Assembly (NCBI GenBank): GCA_964249235.1
Contig: CAXUBM010000001.1
Span: forward strand, 11-64,010
From: an uncultured Acetobacteraceae bacterium
GTDB taxonomy: Bacteria > Pseudomonadota > Alphaproteobacteria > Acetobacterales > Acetobacteraceae
DNA length: 64,000 nt
Reading direction: 5' to 3'
Below, in pieces: positions 27,953 to 35,769 of the stretch. Each line of letters starts with the position of its first letter. Within the stretch, counting starts at the first letter, position 1. A program made the position numbers and the translations under genes. Under the pieces are notes generated by a model that searched no databases, was not told the origin of the DNA, and saw only the letters and a list, made by a program, of their open reading frames with translations.

Positions 27953-28578
27953 GCAATCCGCTCCAGTCCAGTTGTGCGTTCGGGCGCCAGCCGGCCGGAA
28001 CCGCCGGCGGCGATTTCTCGACCGCTGGCGAGGAAGCGGAGAAGGCGAGCGCGGGTGCGCTCCTTGCCGTCGTCGCCGGCGGCGCGCCGAATCGCGACCT
28101 CGATCCGGCGGTTGGCGCTCAGGCTCGCTTCGTTGGCGAGCTGAGCCGCATGCGCCGCCTTGGCGGCCATCGCGACCGCCGTAACTGGCTTGGCCGCCTT
28201 GAAGGCGGCGAGCGCCTGCGCGCGCGTGTTGGCATCCGGCTTGCGCACCCAGCCCTCTGCGGCGGCCAGCGCACGCTGCTGCTCCGCGGGCAAGGTATTG
28301 GCGCCGACGTGCCGAACGCACATGCAGGCCCACCAAACCGCTTCGCGTTCGGGGAGTGCGAAGCTCATCAGCGACGATGCCGCTGCGAGGAAGTCGTTTT
28401 GTTCGAGAACATCGAGCAGCTCGGCCGATGTTAAATTCCTGGTAGACAAATGGACATTGCCCGGCGTCAGGATTCGATGGATGCGCAACGCCACCGGCCG
28501 GAAGTTGCGCAGCTTGTTCCTGCAGCCGCCGCTCGGGTGAGCGGCGCGGCTTGCCGCGACGGGACGATCGGAACTCAT
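27949..28578 (-). CDS. conserved-looking hypothetical protein, translationally coupled between vgrG and fha
   Basis: Start re-set to the ATG at 28578 (ATGA overlap with the vgrG stop). 209 aa, Ala-rich and helical-looking (LPEREAVWWACMCVRH..., AAFKAAKPVTAVAMAAKAAHAAQLA). No family recognised. Confidence 0.6.
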   Translation of the reverse strand: MSSDRPVAASRAAHPSGGCRNKLRNFRPVALRIHRILTPGNVHLSTRNLTSAELLDVLEQNDFLAAASSLMSFALPEREAVWWACMCVRHVGANTLPAEQQRALAAAEGWVRKPDANTRAQALAAFKAAKPVTAVAMAAKAAHAAQLANEASLSANRRIEVAIRRAAGDDGKERTRARLLRFLASGREIAAGGSGRLAPERTTGLERIA

Positions 28579-30539
28579 ATCGGGAACGGGTCGCAGACGA
28601 TCGGCTCCTGATCGAGGGACTCGATCGTGACCGCGCCGACTGCGGCGATGTTGATGTCGAGGCAAGCGTTGATCGCCGTTTCCGCTCCCGCACTCAGCGT
28701 GGCGGCCGCGCCCGCCTGGATGTCGACGGCACCGATCGCGGAAAGCTCCAGCGCGCCGCCCGCAGAGATGGAGGCGAGGGCGTCGGTGGTGACGGTCAGT
28801 TCGGGCGTATTGATCGTGATCGAGCCCGGCGTCATCTCCAGGGTCGTGTCGCCGACCTTGAGGCTGATGCTGGTGGTGGCGGTCAGGCTGATGGCGCCGG
28901 CATCGGCGGCAATGCTGATATCACCCGTGGTGCTCGTGAGCGAATCGTCACATTCGGTGGTTACCGTGCGGTCGTTGCCGATCGTCGAGGCCTGGTCGTT
29001 CTCGACCTCGATTTTATGATTCCGCTGGGCGTGCAGAAGCACTACTTCCTGGCCGCGTCGATCGTCGAACGACAGCTCGTTGTAGTCCTGCGTGCCACCG
29101 AGAGAGGTGGAGCGACTGCGAAAGCCCTGTTTGGTCTGCTGCGACGGCACCGGAAAGGGTGGCATCCATTCCTGGTTATAGAAACAGCCGACGACGACCG
29201 GATTATCGGGATCGCCGTTCATGAAGGAAAGCCCGATCTCCGTCCCGACCCGCGGCAGGTGCTGCCATCCCCAGCTCTTGCCAGACCAGGCATGAAGGAT
29301 CCGAACCCAGATCGCCATGCTTGCAACGCTGTCGTTGCGATAATCAAACAGAGGCCGCACCTTGATGCGTGCGAGCGGATCAGCGTGGATCTCCTCGCCC
29401 GGCTCGCCGAGCACGATGGCGGAGAAGATGCCGGTCATCGCAGGCCGGGCGATCGAGAGATCGTCGCGCCACTCGACCGTTTGCTGGAAGCAGGTGAACT
29501 CGCAGTCGAACGAAGGCGGCTCGGTGCCCGCGATCCAGGTCTCGTCCGACGCGGTGTGGCGCACGGCTTGGACGACGTGCTCGACGTTCTCGGCGCCCGT
29601 CGATGGGTCCTCGGCCAGGCTGAAGCGGAAGCCGGGGCAAAGGTTGGGATTGTATCCGTGACCGCAGCGCAGCGACGCCGACGCTTCGGCCGCTTCCATG
29701 CGGAACCGCGCGCGATCGGCGGCGACCGGCATCTCCGGCGTGTTAGCCGGCCACTGGAACAGCTTGCGCGTCGAGGCGCCGGCAGTGGACAGGGTAGTCG
29801 TCTGCTCGCCGACGACCGGCGTTTCTGGCTTGGTCGGGTCGTAATCCTGCAGGCGGACCGCGCCGAAGGCGGTGCCGAGCGAGGTCCGCCACGCATCAAA
29901 GATATCGACATTGTTGCCGGCATAGATCACCCGGTGCAGGGGTGCCGTCATGGTCCTGAATGCCTGGTTCGCGTTGGTTACGACCAGAGTGTGACCGGAC
30001 CTGCTGTGCTCGAAGAAGTAGAAGTAGCCGGACTCCTGCATCAGCCGATGGGAAAAGGCGAGGTTGGTTTCGTTGAATTGAGTGGTATATTCGCGAACCG
30101 GCTTGTCGCCGAAGATGCGGAAGTCGACGGACGTCACGTTCTGTTCCGCGAAGAGAAGCTGCAGGATCTCCACGGCCGTACGCCGCTGGAAGATACGGCA
30201 GTCGACCGTCTGATCGAGGAACCATAAGCGTGGCACCACGGACAGGTGGTATTCGAAGCGCGCCCGCTGAGCGAAGCCGACGGCATCCATTCTGCGTACG
30301 ATGCCGTTGAAGATGCGATCGGTCCCTTGGGCGCGTCGGACGGTCACTGTGACAGGCTGGTAGAGAAGCTCGTCGGGGCTGATCGCCCGATCGGTCGAGA
30401 CGACGGTCAGCGCGATCTCGAAGGGTGCGCTGAGGCGCTCGACTGCGACGAGTGAGATCGCGTGCAGCGATGCGTCCTGGAACGGTATCCTATCGTCACC
30501 GAGTGGCGAGGTAAGGAGAAGAAGCGGCGTGAACTCCAT
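28575..30539 (-). CDS. vgrG: T6SS spike protein VgrG (TssI), no C-terminal effector extension
   Basis: Start re-set to MEFTPLLLLTSPLGDD (ATG at 30539). 654 aa. gp27/gp5-like core with a beta-helical repeat tail (ISLTATTSISLKVGDTTLEMTPGSITINTP). Confidence 0.9.
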   Translation of the reverse strand: MEFTPLLLLTSPLGDDRIPFQDASLHAISLVAVERLSAPFEIALTVVSTDRAISPDELLYQPVTVTVRRAQGTDRIFNGIVRRMDAVGFAQRARFEYHLSVVPRLWFLDQTVDCRIFQRRTAVEILQLLFAEQNVTSVDFRIFGDKPVREYTTQFNETNLAFSHRLMQESGYFYFFEHSRSGHTLVVTNANQAFRTMTAPLHRVIYAGNNVDIFDAWRTSLGTAFGAVRLQDYDPTKPETPVVGEQTTTLSTAGASTRKLFQWPANTPEMPVAADRARFRMEAAEASASLRCGHGYNPNLCPGFRFSLAEDPSTGAENVEHVVQAVRHTASDETWIAGTEPPSFDCEFTCFQQTVEWRDDLSIARPAMTGIFSAIVLGEPGEEIHADPLARIKVRPLFDYRNDSVASMAIWVRILHAWSGKSWGWQHLPRVGTEIGLSFMNGDPDNPVVVGCFYNQEWMPPFPVPSQQTKQGFRSRSTSLGGTQDYNELSFDDRRGQEVVLLHAQRNHKIEVENDQASTIGNDRTVTTECDDSLTSTTGDISIAADAGAISLTATTSISLKVGDTTLEMTPGSITINTPELTVTTDALASISAGGALELSAIGAVDIQAGAAATLSAGAETAINACLDINIAAVGAVTIESLDQEPIVCDPFPI

Positions 30540-30579
30540 CAGCTTGCGTCCGGTTCCGCTGGCATCGGCGCCTCGGACA

Positions 30580-30969
30580 TCATTGCTGCCCGGCTCCTGC
30601 GGCGGTAGGCAGGCCGGCGCCATTGCTCACGCGGCGGCAGGCATAGGTCTGAATGCTCTCGATCGACGTCAACACGGCGCTGTCGAGGCCGAGTTTCCAG
30701 GCGTACGCCGCGTTGGCGAACAGCGAGTCGTTGGTTCCCGCGACGGGTTCAAGCATCTGGACCTGGCCAGTTCCGAAGTTGAGTGCGAGCCGGCCCGATG
30801 TCAGATCGCGGTGGATCGCGACAAACTTCGAGGCTGTGCTCGGGTCCGCCGGCGCAAGGCAGTCGTAGAAGCCGTTGTCGCGCGTCGCCGGTCCACCGCC
30901 GGCTGCTTCATCGCCACAGCCGCCAAGGGCCATGACCGCCAACAGAGCCGTTGCCTTGGCACGCATCAT
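30580..30969 (-). CDS. small lipoprotein, first gene of the vgrG-pppA block
   Basis: ~129 aa. Signal peptide with lipobox MMRAKATALLAVMALGG/C. No recognisable family. Confidence 0.6.
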   Translation of the reverse strand: MMRAKATALLAVMALGGCGDEAAGGGPATRDNGFYDCLAPADPSTASKFVAIHRDLTSGRLALNFGTGQVQMLEPVAGTNDSLFANAAYAWKLGLDSAVLTSIESIQTYACRRVSNGAGLPTAAGAGQQ

Positions 30970-31139
30970 CAGGAATTCCACTGTCTACCGAATCGGTCCG
31001 GATTGATGAGGGGGAATTTAGGGGTCCGCAGCTACAGCCGAGTTTCAGCACGAGTACGGTGCGCTACATCTGTAGCTTGACCGTCGTCGACAACGACCAA
31101 GTGAGCTGGGCAGGAGGGTTTTGTCGAGAGCGGGCATTC

Positions 31140-31510
31140 GTCGGGACAAACAGCCGGCTCGAGAGGATGAGATCCGACTTATCAAGCGAGATGTTGCAGA
31201 GACACGTGACCGCCGGCAAGCAGTGGGGCCGGACAGTCAGTCTTGGGAACCGATCTCGAGGCGGACACGCGACTTCAGCGAGGCGGTTCTGTCCGCCCGC
31301 GCGTGAGCCGGGCTGCCAACGAACCGGCGATGCCTCGGGCACACGAAGTGCTGCTGCACCGAAGCTTTGCCCGAGCCAGCCAACGCTGGGGCGTCGATTG
31401 CGAACTATCGGGCGCGTCTTCGGCTCGTCCTTCTTCATGCGGACATCGGAGGGACTGCAATCCTGCTGCCGAACTACTCGCCAGATCTGAACCCGATCGA
31501 GCAGGAACTC
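31140..31510 (+). pseudogene. IS630-family transposase remnant (C-terminal part, multiple frameshifts)
   Basis: LLPNYSPDLNPIEQ is the IS630/Tc1 DDE 'YSPDLNPIE' signature. Weaker upstream similarity in other frames (VTAGKQWGRTVSL, QPTL). No intact ORF. Confidence 0.45.
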
Positions 31511-31718
31511 AGGATATGCAGCAACCTAAATTCATCTCGCTCCAGCCGTGGCTCGTCGCGCGCGGTCTCGTCGGTCGGCTTTCGTGCGGCCGCGTGCCCG
31601 GCCCGCCGTTGCCCTGTGGGATAGTTGTGTGGGAGAGCCGGAGATGATCGTTGCCCTGGGCGGACGAGAGCCGATCGCCAGTTCAGGAGTGCGTGCTATT
31701 CGACAAGATCGAGGAGGG

Positions 31719-32663
31719 TCATCGGTCACCCCGCTCAACGTCAGCGCGGCGGCGGAACACGTCGAACTCGGACGCCGTTGCGAACGAGGTTTGCGTTCCA
31801 GCACGCGTGACCGAAAATGCCGCATAGGCCGTCGCCATCCGTAGGGCCTCCTCCGGGCTACTTCCTCGCGCTTCGTAGAAAGCAAATGCCCCAATGAAAG
31901 CGTCACCGGCGCCGGTCGTATCCTCGACGGGCACCGGAATGGCTGGGACGTGTACAGTTCGGTCCTTGGTGACGAGGAGAGCACCCTCGCTGCCCATCGT
32001 GACGATGATCCGACGCATGCCTCGCCCCAGCAGGGTTTGGGCCGCAGCCTCGGCCTGGTCAGGTGTCTCCACCGGCTGGCCGGCCAGGATCGCGAGTTCT
32101 GTCTGGTTTGGGACGAAGTAGTCGACCGTCGCGATCCGCTCGAGGGCGAGCTCGCTGGTCGCCGGGGCCGGGTTCAGCACCACGCGGCGGTCATGCCGAT
32201 CGGCCCAATCGATGGTCGCATAGACGGTCTCGAGCGGGATTTCGAGCTGCAGCAGGATCAGGTCGCAACCGAGAAGCACGGCAGAAGCGGCTTCGACATC
32301 GGCCGGCATGAGGTGCGCGTTCGCACCTTTGATGATCAAGATGGCGTTCTCGCCATTCGACGCGACGAAGATCGGGGCAACGCCCGTCGTCGCACCCGCG
32401 ACCACCCGGACATGAGTGGTGTCGATCCCATCCTTCTGCAGGCTCCGGATCGTCTCCTCGCCGAAGGCATCGTCGCCGACCCGAGCCACCATGGCGACGG
32501 CGGCGCCAAGCCTGGCGGCGGCCACCGCCTGGTTCGCGCCCTTTCCACCGCGCCCGATCTCGAAACGCGGTGCTTCGAGCGTCTCGCCGGGACGCGGGAA
32601 CCGATCGCCGTAGGTGATCAGGTCGGTCATGTTGCTGCCGACCACGCCGATGCGTCCGGACAT
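31719..32663 (-). CDS. rbsK: ribokinase
   Basis: Start re-set to MSGRIGVVGSNMTD (ATGA overlap with the deoC stop). Contains GGKGANQAVAAARLG and DTTGAGDAFIGAF. Confidence 0.85.
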   Translation of the reverse strand: MSGRIGVVGSNMTDLITYGDRFPRPGETLEAPRFEIGRGGKGANQAVAAARLGAAVAMVARVGDDAFGEETIRSLQKDGIDTTHVRVVAGATTGVAPIFVASNGENAILIIKGANAHLMPADVEAASAVLLGCDLILLQLEIPLETVYATIDWADRHDRRVVLNPAPATSELALERIATVDYFVPNQTELAILAGQPVETPDQAEAAAQTLLGRGMRRIIVTMGSEGALLVTKDRTVHVPAIPVPVEDTTGAGDAFIGAFAFYEARGSSPEEALRMATAYAAFSVTRAGTQTSFATASEFDVFRRRADVERGDR

Positions 32664-33358
32664 CAGTAGTTCTCCGCGTTCGCCTTGTCCGCCCCGATGA
32701 TCGCCAGCCCAGACGACGTGCCGATGCGAGTGGCCCCCGCCGCGATCATCGCCTCGGCGGCCTCCCTTGTCCGCACGCCACCGGATGCCTTCACACCCAT
32801 CGCCGCTCCGACCTCTCGCCGCATCAAGGCCACGTCCTCGACCGTCGCTCCGCCGCCACCAAAGCCTGTCGAAGTCTTGACGAAGTCGGCGCCGACGTCG
32901 CGGGCGATACTGCACGCTGCGCGTTTCTCCTCCTCTGTCAGCATGGATGTCTCGATGATGACCTTGAGCACCGCGCCCCGGGTCGCCTCTCGCACCGCCC
33001 CAATATCCTCCTGGAGCCGGCCGTACCGCCCGGCCTTCAGGCTCGCGATCGCGATGACCATGTCGATCTCGTCGGCACCGTCGGCGATGGCTCCTGCCGC
33101 CTCGTAGGCTTTTGTCGCCGGCGTCGTCGCCCCGAACGGAAAGCCGATGACGGAGCAGGTCCGAACCTCGCTGCCTGCAAGCCGCCCCGCCACGAAGGCC
33201 ACGTGAACCGGGTTGACGCAGACGGAGCGGAAGCCGTGCGCCCGCGCCTGATCGCAGAACACCCCCACTTCCTGCTCCGTCGCGTCGGGCTTGAGGATCG
33301 TGTGATCGATCATGGCGGCCAGCGCCGCGACATCGACTGCCGATGCTGAACCGTTCAC
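32663..33358 (-). CDS. deoC: deoxyribose-phosphate aldolase
   Basis: Start re-set to the GTG at 33358 (GTGA overlap). Contains IDHTILKPDAT, VCVNP, VIGFPFG, LKVIIET and FVKTSTGF. Confidence 0.85.
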   Translation of the reverse strand: MNGSASAVDVAALAAMIDHTILKPDATEQEVGVFCDQARAHGFRSVCVNPVHVAFVAGRLAGSEVRTCSVIGFPFGATTPATKAYEAAGAIADGADEIDMVIAIASLKAGRYGRLQEDIGAVREATRGAVLKVIIETSMLTEEEKRAACSIARDVGADFVKTSTGFGGGGATVEDVALMRREVGAAMGVKASGGVRTREAAEAMIAAGATRIGTSSGLAIIGADKANAENY

Positions 33359-33765
33359 GAGCTGCCCTCCCCTGCCTGCGTGTCGAGTTCGGCCGGGTCG
33401 TAATAGACGTGAACTTCCAGGAACCGGTCGCCGCTGATGCGGATGACGTTGGCCCCCTTGAGCCGGAACACGACGCCGTTCTGATCCCGGAACACCGAGC
33501 GCCACTCAAAGGCGCCCTGATCGCCGTTCTCGATGGCGCCGACGATGTCGACTTCGAGGAACGGATATTGGTCGACGCTCTGCTGATAGAATCGGCGGAT
33601 CTGCTCGTGACCGACGAGGCGGCCAAGACCCGGGACGAGGAGTTCGGCCTTCTCGTCATAGCAAGCGAGAACCGCGTCCACGTCACGCGTGCATTCGATC
33701 CTCCAGTAGTTCTCCACCACGTTTCTCGGCGTCATTTGAACACATTCCCCCATCGTCAGGCACAT
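33355..33765 (-). CDS. SnoaL-like/NTF2-fold protein
   Basis: ~136 aa. NVVENYWRIECTRDVDAVLACYDEKAEL is SnoaL-like. The start overlaps the stop of the upstream binding-protein gene. Confidence 0.6.
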   Translation of the reverse strand: MCLTMGECVQMTPRNVVENYWRIECTRDVDAVLACYDEKAELLVPGLGRLVGHEQIRRFYQQSVDQYPFLEVDIVGAIENGDQGAFEWRSVFRDQNGVVFRLKGANVIRISGDRFLEVHVYYDPAELDTQAGEGSS

Positions 33766-34751
33766 CAACCCTTGTAGCCGCCGATATATTGGCCGATCGC
33801 CTCGATCGATGAAGGCTCGCCGACATTCTTGGATGTCACCAGCGTGTAGGGAACCGGCGTGTCCTTTGGCAGAGATTGGCCACCATCAGAGAGCAGCGTG
33901 TGCAGGGCATCGACCGCCTTTTCTCCCATCAGCACGGGGCTTTGCAGGACGGACGCCTTGATGACACCCGACTTGATGTAGTTGATCTCACCTAGGTCAG
34001 CGTCAAAGCCGACAACAACGACTTTGTCCTGCATGTGCATGCGTTCAACTGCCTCCGCGACACCCAGCGCGGAGCGATCGTTCGCGCCGAAGATCACGTT
34101 GATCTTCGGATCGCGCTCGAGCAGCGTTGTCGTCTCCTGCAGCGCCGTCTGCGGAACACCGTTGCTCAGCTCCAAGCCGGCGAACTTCATGCCGGGATGG
34201 TTCGCCATCGCCGCGCGGAAACCGTCATTGCGTTGCCGGCCAGAGGTCGTGCTCAGGTTGTAGTCGATGATCGCATAGTCCCCGGTGCCGTGAACCGCGT
34301 TCGCAGCGTAATCTGCGGCCGCGCCAGCTGCTTTCTCGTTCGGCACGGCGATGAACGTGGCGGCGTCCATCGGCGTGAGCGTCGAATCGGTGGCTATGAC
34401 ATAGATCTTTGCTGCCATCGCCTTCCGCACGGGCGGCAGCAGCGCCGTCGGGCTGGACGGGACGAGGATAATGCCCGCCACGCCACGAGTGATCGCCGTG
34501 TCGGTCATGTTGATTTGCGCGCTGACGTCGGAGATGGCGAAGGGCGCGCGGAACAGGGTGACATAGCCGTACTTAGCCGCTTCCTGCTTGATCCCGTCAT
34601 ATTCCCGCAGGAAATAAGGCGTCGTACTCTCGGAAGGGATGAACTCGATCGTCTGATGAGGGGCCGACCAGGCGGGGCCGCAGACGGCCGATCCGGCCAC
34701 AAACGCGACCGCGGCGACATGGTGGCCGAACGATGAACGTGGGTGAGACAT
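33765..34751 (-). CDS. sugar ABC transporter substrate-binding protein (CUT2, RbsB-like)
   Basis: 328 aa with a signal peptide. Periplasmic-binding-protein type I pattern. Operon context with a permease and an ATPase. Confidence 0.85.
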   Translation of the reverse strand: MSHPRSSFGHHVAAVAFVAGSAVCGPAWSAPHQTIEFIPSESTTPYFLREYDGIKQEAAKYGYVTLFRAPFAISDVSAQINMTDTAITRGVAGIILVPSSPTALLPPVRKAMAAKIYVIATDSTLTPMDAATFIAVPNEKAAGAAADYAANAVHGTGDYAIIDYNLSTTSGRQRNDGFRAAMANHPGMKFAGLELSNGVPQTALQETTTLLERDPKINVIFGANDRSALGVAEAVERMHMQDKVVVVGFDADLGEINYIKSGVIKASVLQSPVLMGEKAVDALHTLLSDGGQSLPKDTPVPYTLVTSKNVGEPSSIEAIGQYIGGYKG

Positions 34752-34791
34752 GAGCGTTTCCCTTTTGCTTGTTGGCGTGAAGGCGGCTTCG

Positions 34792-35769
34792 TCACACGGC
34801 GACTCGCTTTCTGAAGGAATCGGCGTAGACAGCTCCGATCACCACGCAGCCGAGGATAACGGTCTGCGCATAATTAGACATGCCGACGAGGTCGGTTCCG
34901 TTCGCGAGGATACCGATGAGCAGCACACCAAGCATGGAGGCCCAGACCGTGCCCTGGCCGCCGAACAGGCTGCCGCCGCCGATGACGACGGCAGCGATCG
35001 AGTCGAGCTCGTAATTCTGACCGGCCGTGGGCAGGGCCGAGTTCACGTAGGCAGTCAGCAACACGCCGCCGATCGCGGCCAGGACACCCGACATGGCATA
35101 GACCAGGATAGTATTTCGCTGGACCGAGAGGCCGGACAGCGCGGCGGCGCGCCGGTTGCTGCCGATCGCATAGACGCTGCGCCCGAAGCGCGTGCGGCCG
35201 AGGACGATCTGGGCGATAACAGCGAGCGCAAGGCTGACGAGGATGATGTTCGGAAAAACGCCGAATGCGCCCGTTCCGAAACTGTTGAACGCGGGCGGCA
35301 GCTCATAGATCGGCTGGCCACCCGTGATGAGCAACGCGGCCCCGCTTGCGATGCTCAACGTGCCGAGCGTCACGATGAAGGCCGGAACTTTGGTATAGGC
35401 GGTGAGCAATCCGTTCACCAGCCCGACCAGCAGTCCAACCAGCAGGGCGACGATGATCCCGAGAAGGATGCCGCCGGCGCCGCCGCTGCCCATCGCGCCC
35501 GCACCGAGTATGCCGGTCAGCCCGATCACGGCGCCTTGTGAGAGATCGATGCCGGCGGTGATGATCACGAACGTCTGTCCGATCGCCAGCACCGCGATCA
35601 CGGCGACGGATTGAAGCAGGGTCAGAATGTTGTTGCTGCTGATGAAGTTCGGTGCGGCGAGAGCGAACCCGACGATCAGCACCAGAAGCACGGCCGCTAC
35701 GAGGGATGAGTTCAGCAAGGCGATCAAGCCGCCGCGGACTCCGGCGCGTTTCAGATTGACTGTGTTCAT
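34792..35769 (-). CDS. sugar ABC transporter permease (RbsC-like)
   Basis: 325 aa and polytopic. GIDLSQGAVIGL is the typical BPD_transp_2 motif. Confidence 0.9.
   Translation of the reverse strand: MNTVNLKRAGVRGGLIALLNSSLVAAVLLVLIVGFALAAPNFISSNNILTLLQSVAVIAVLAIGQTFVIITAGIDLSQGAVIGLTGILGAGAMGSGGAGGILLGIIVALLVGLLVGLVNGLLTAYTKVPAFIVTLGTLSIASGAALLITGGQPIYELPPAFNSFGTGAFGVFPNIILVSLALAVIAQIVLGRTRFGRSVYAIGSNRRAAALSGLSVQRNTILVYAMSGVLAAIGGVLLTAYVNSALPTAGQNYELDSIAAVVIGGGSLFGGQGTVWASMLGVLLIGILANGTDLVGMSNYAQTVILGCVVIGAVYADSFRKRVAV

Noticed and set aside
28551-30227. 558-aa plus-strand ORF opposite vgrG.
   Set aside because: It is antisense to a clear VgrG and is a Gly/Arg/Asp-rich shadow ORF.
31063-31076. 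Palindrome GCTACA-TC-TGTAGC upstream of the lipoprotein/vgrG block.
   Set aside because: The arms are only 6 bp and the site lies beside IS debris. It cannot be distinguished from chance or from a relic IS end without comparative data.
31719-33686. 655-aa ORF spanning deoC and rbsK.
   Set aside because: Only the C-terminal 314 aa (from MSGRIGVVG) is ribokinase-like. The upstream part is out of frame over deoC and the SnoaL-like gene.
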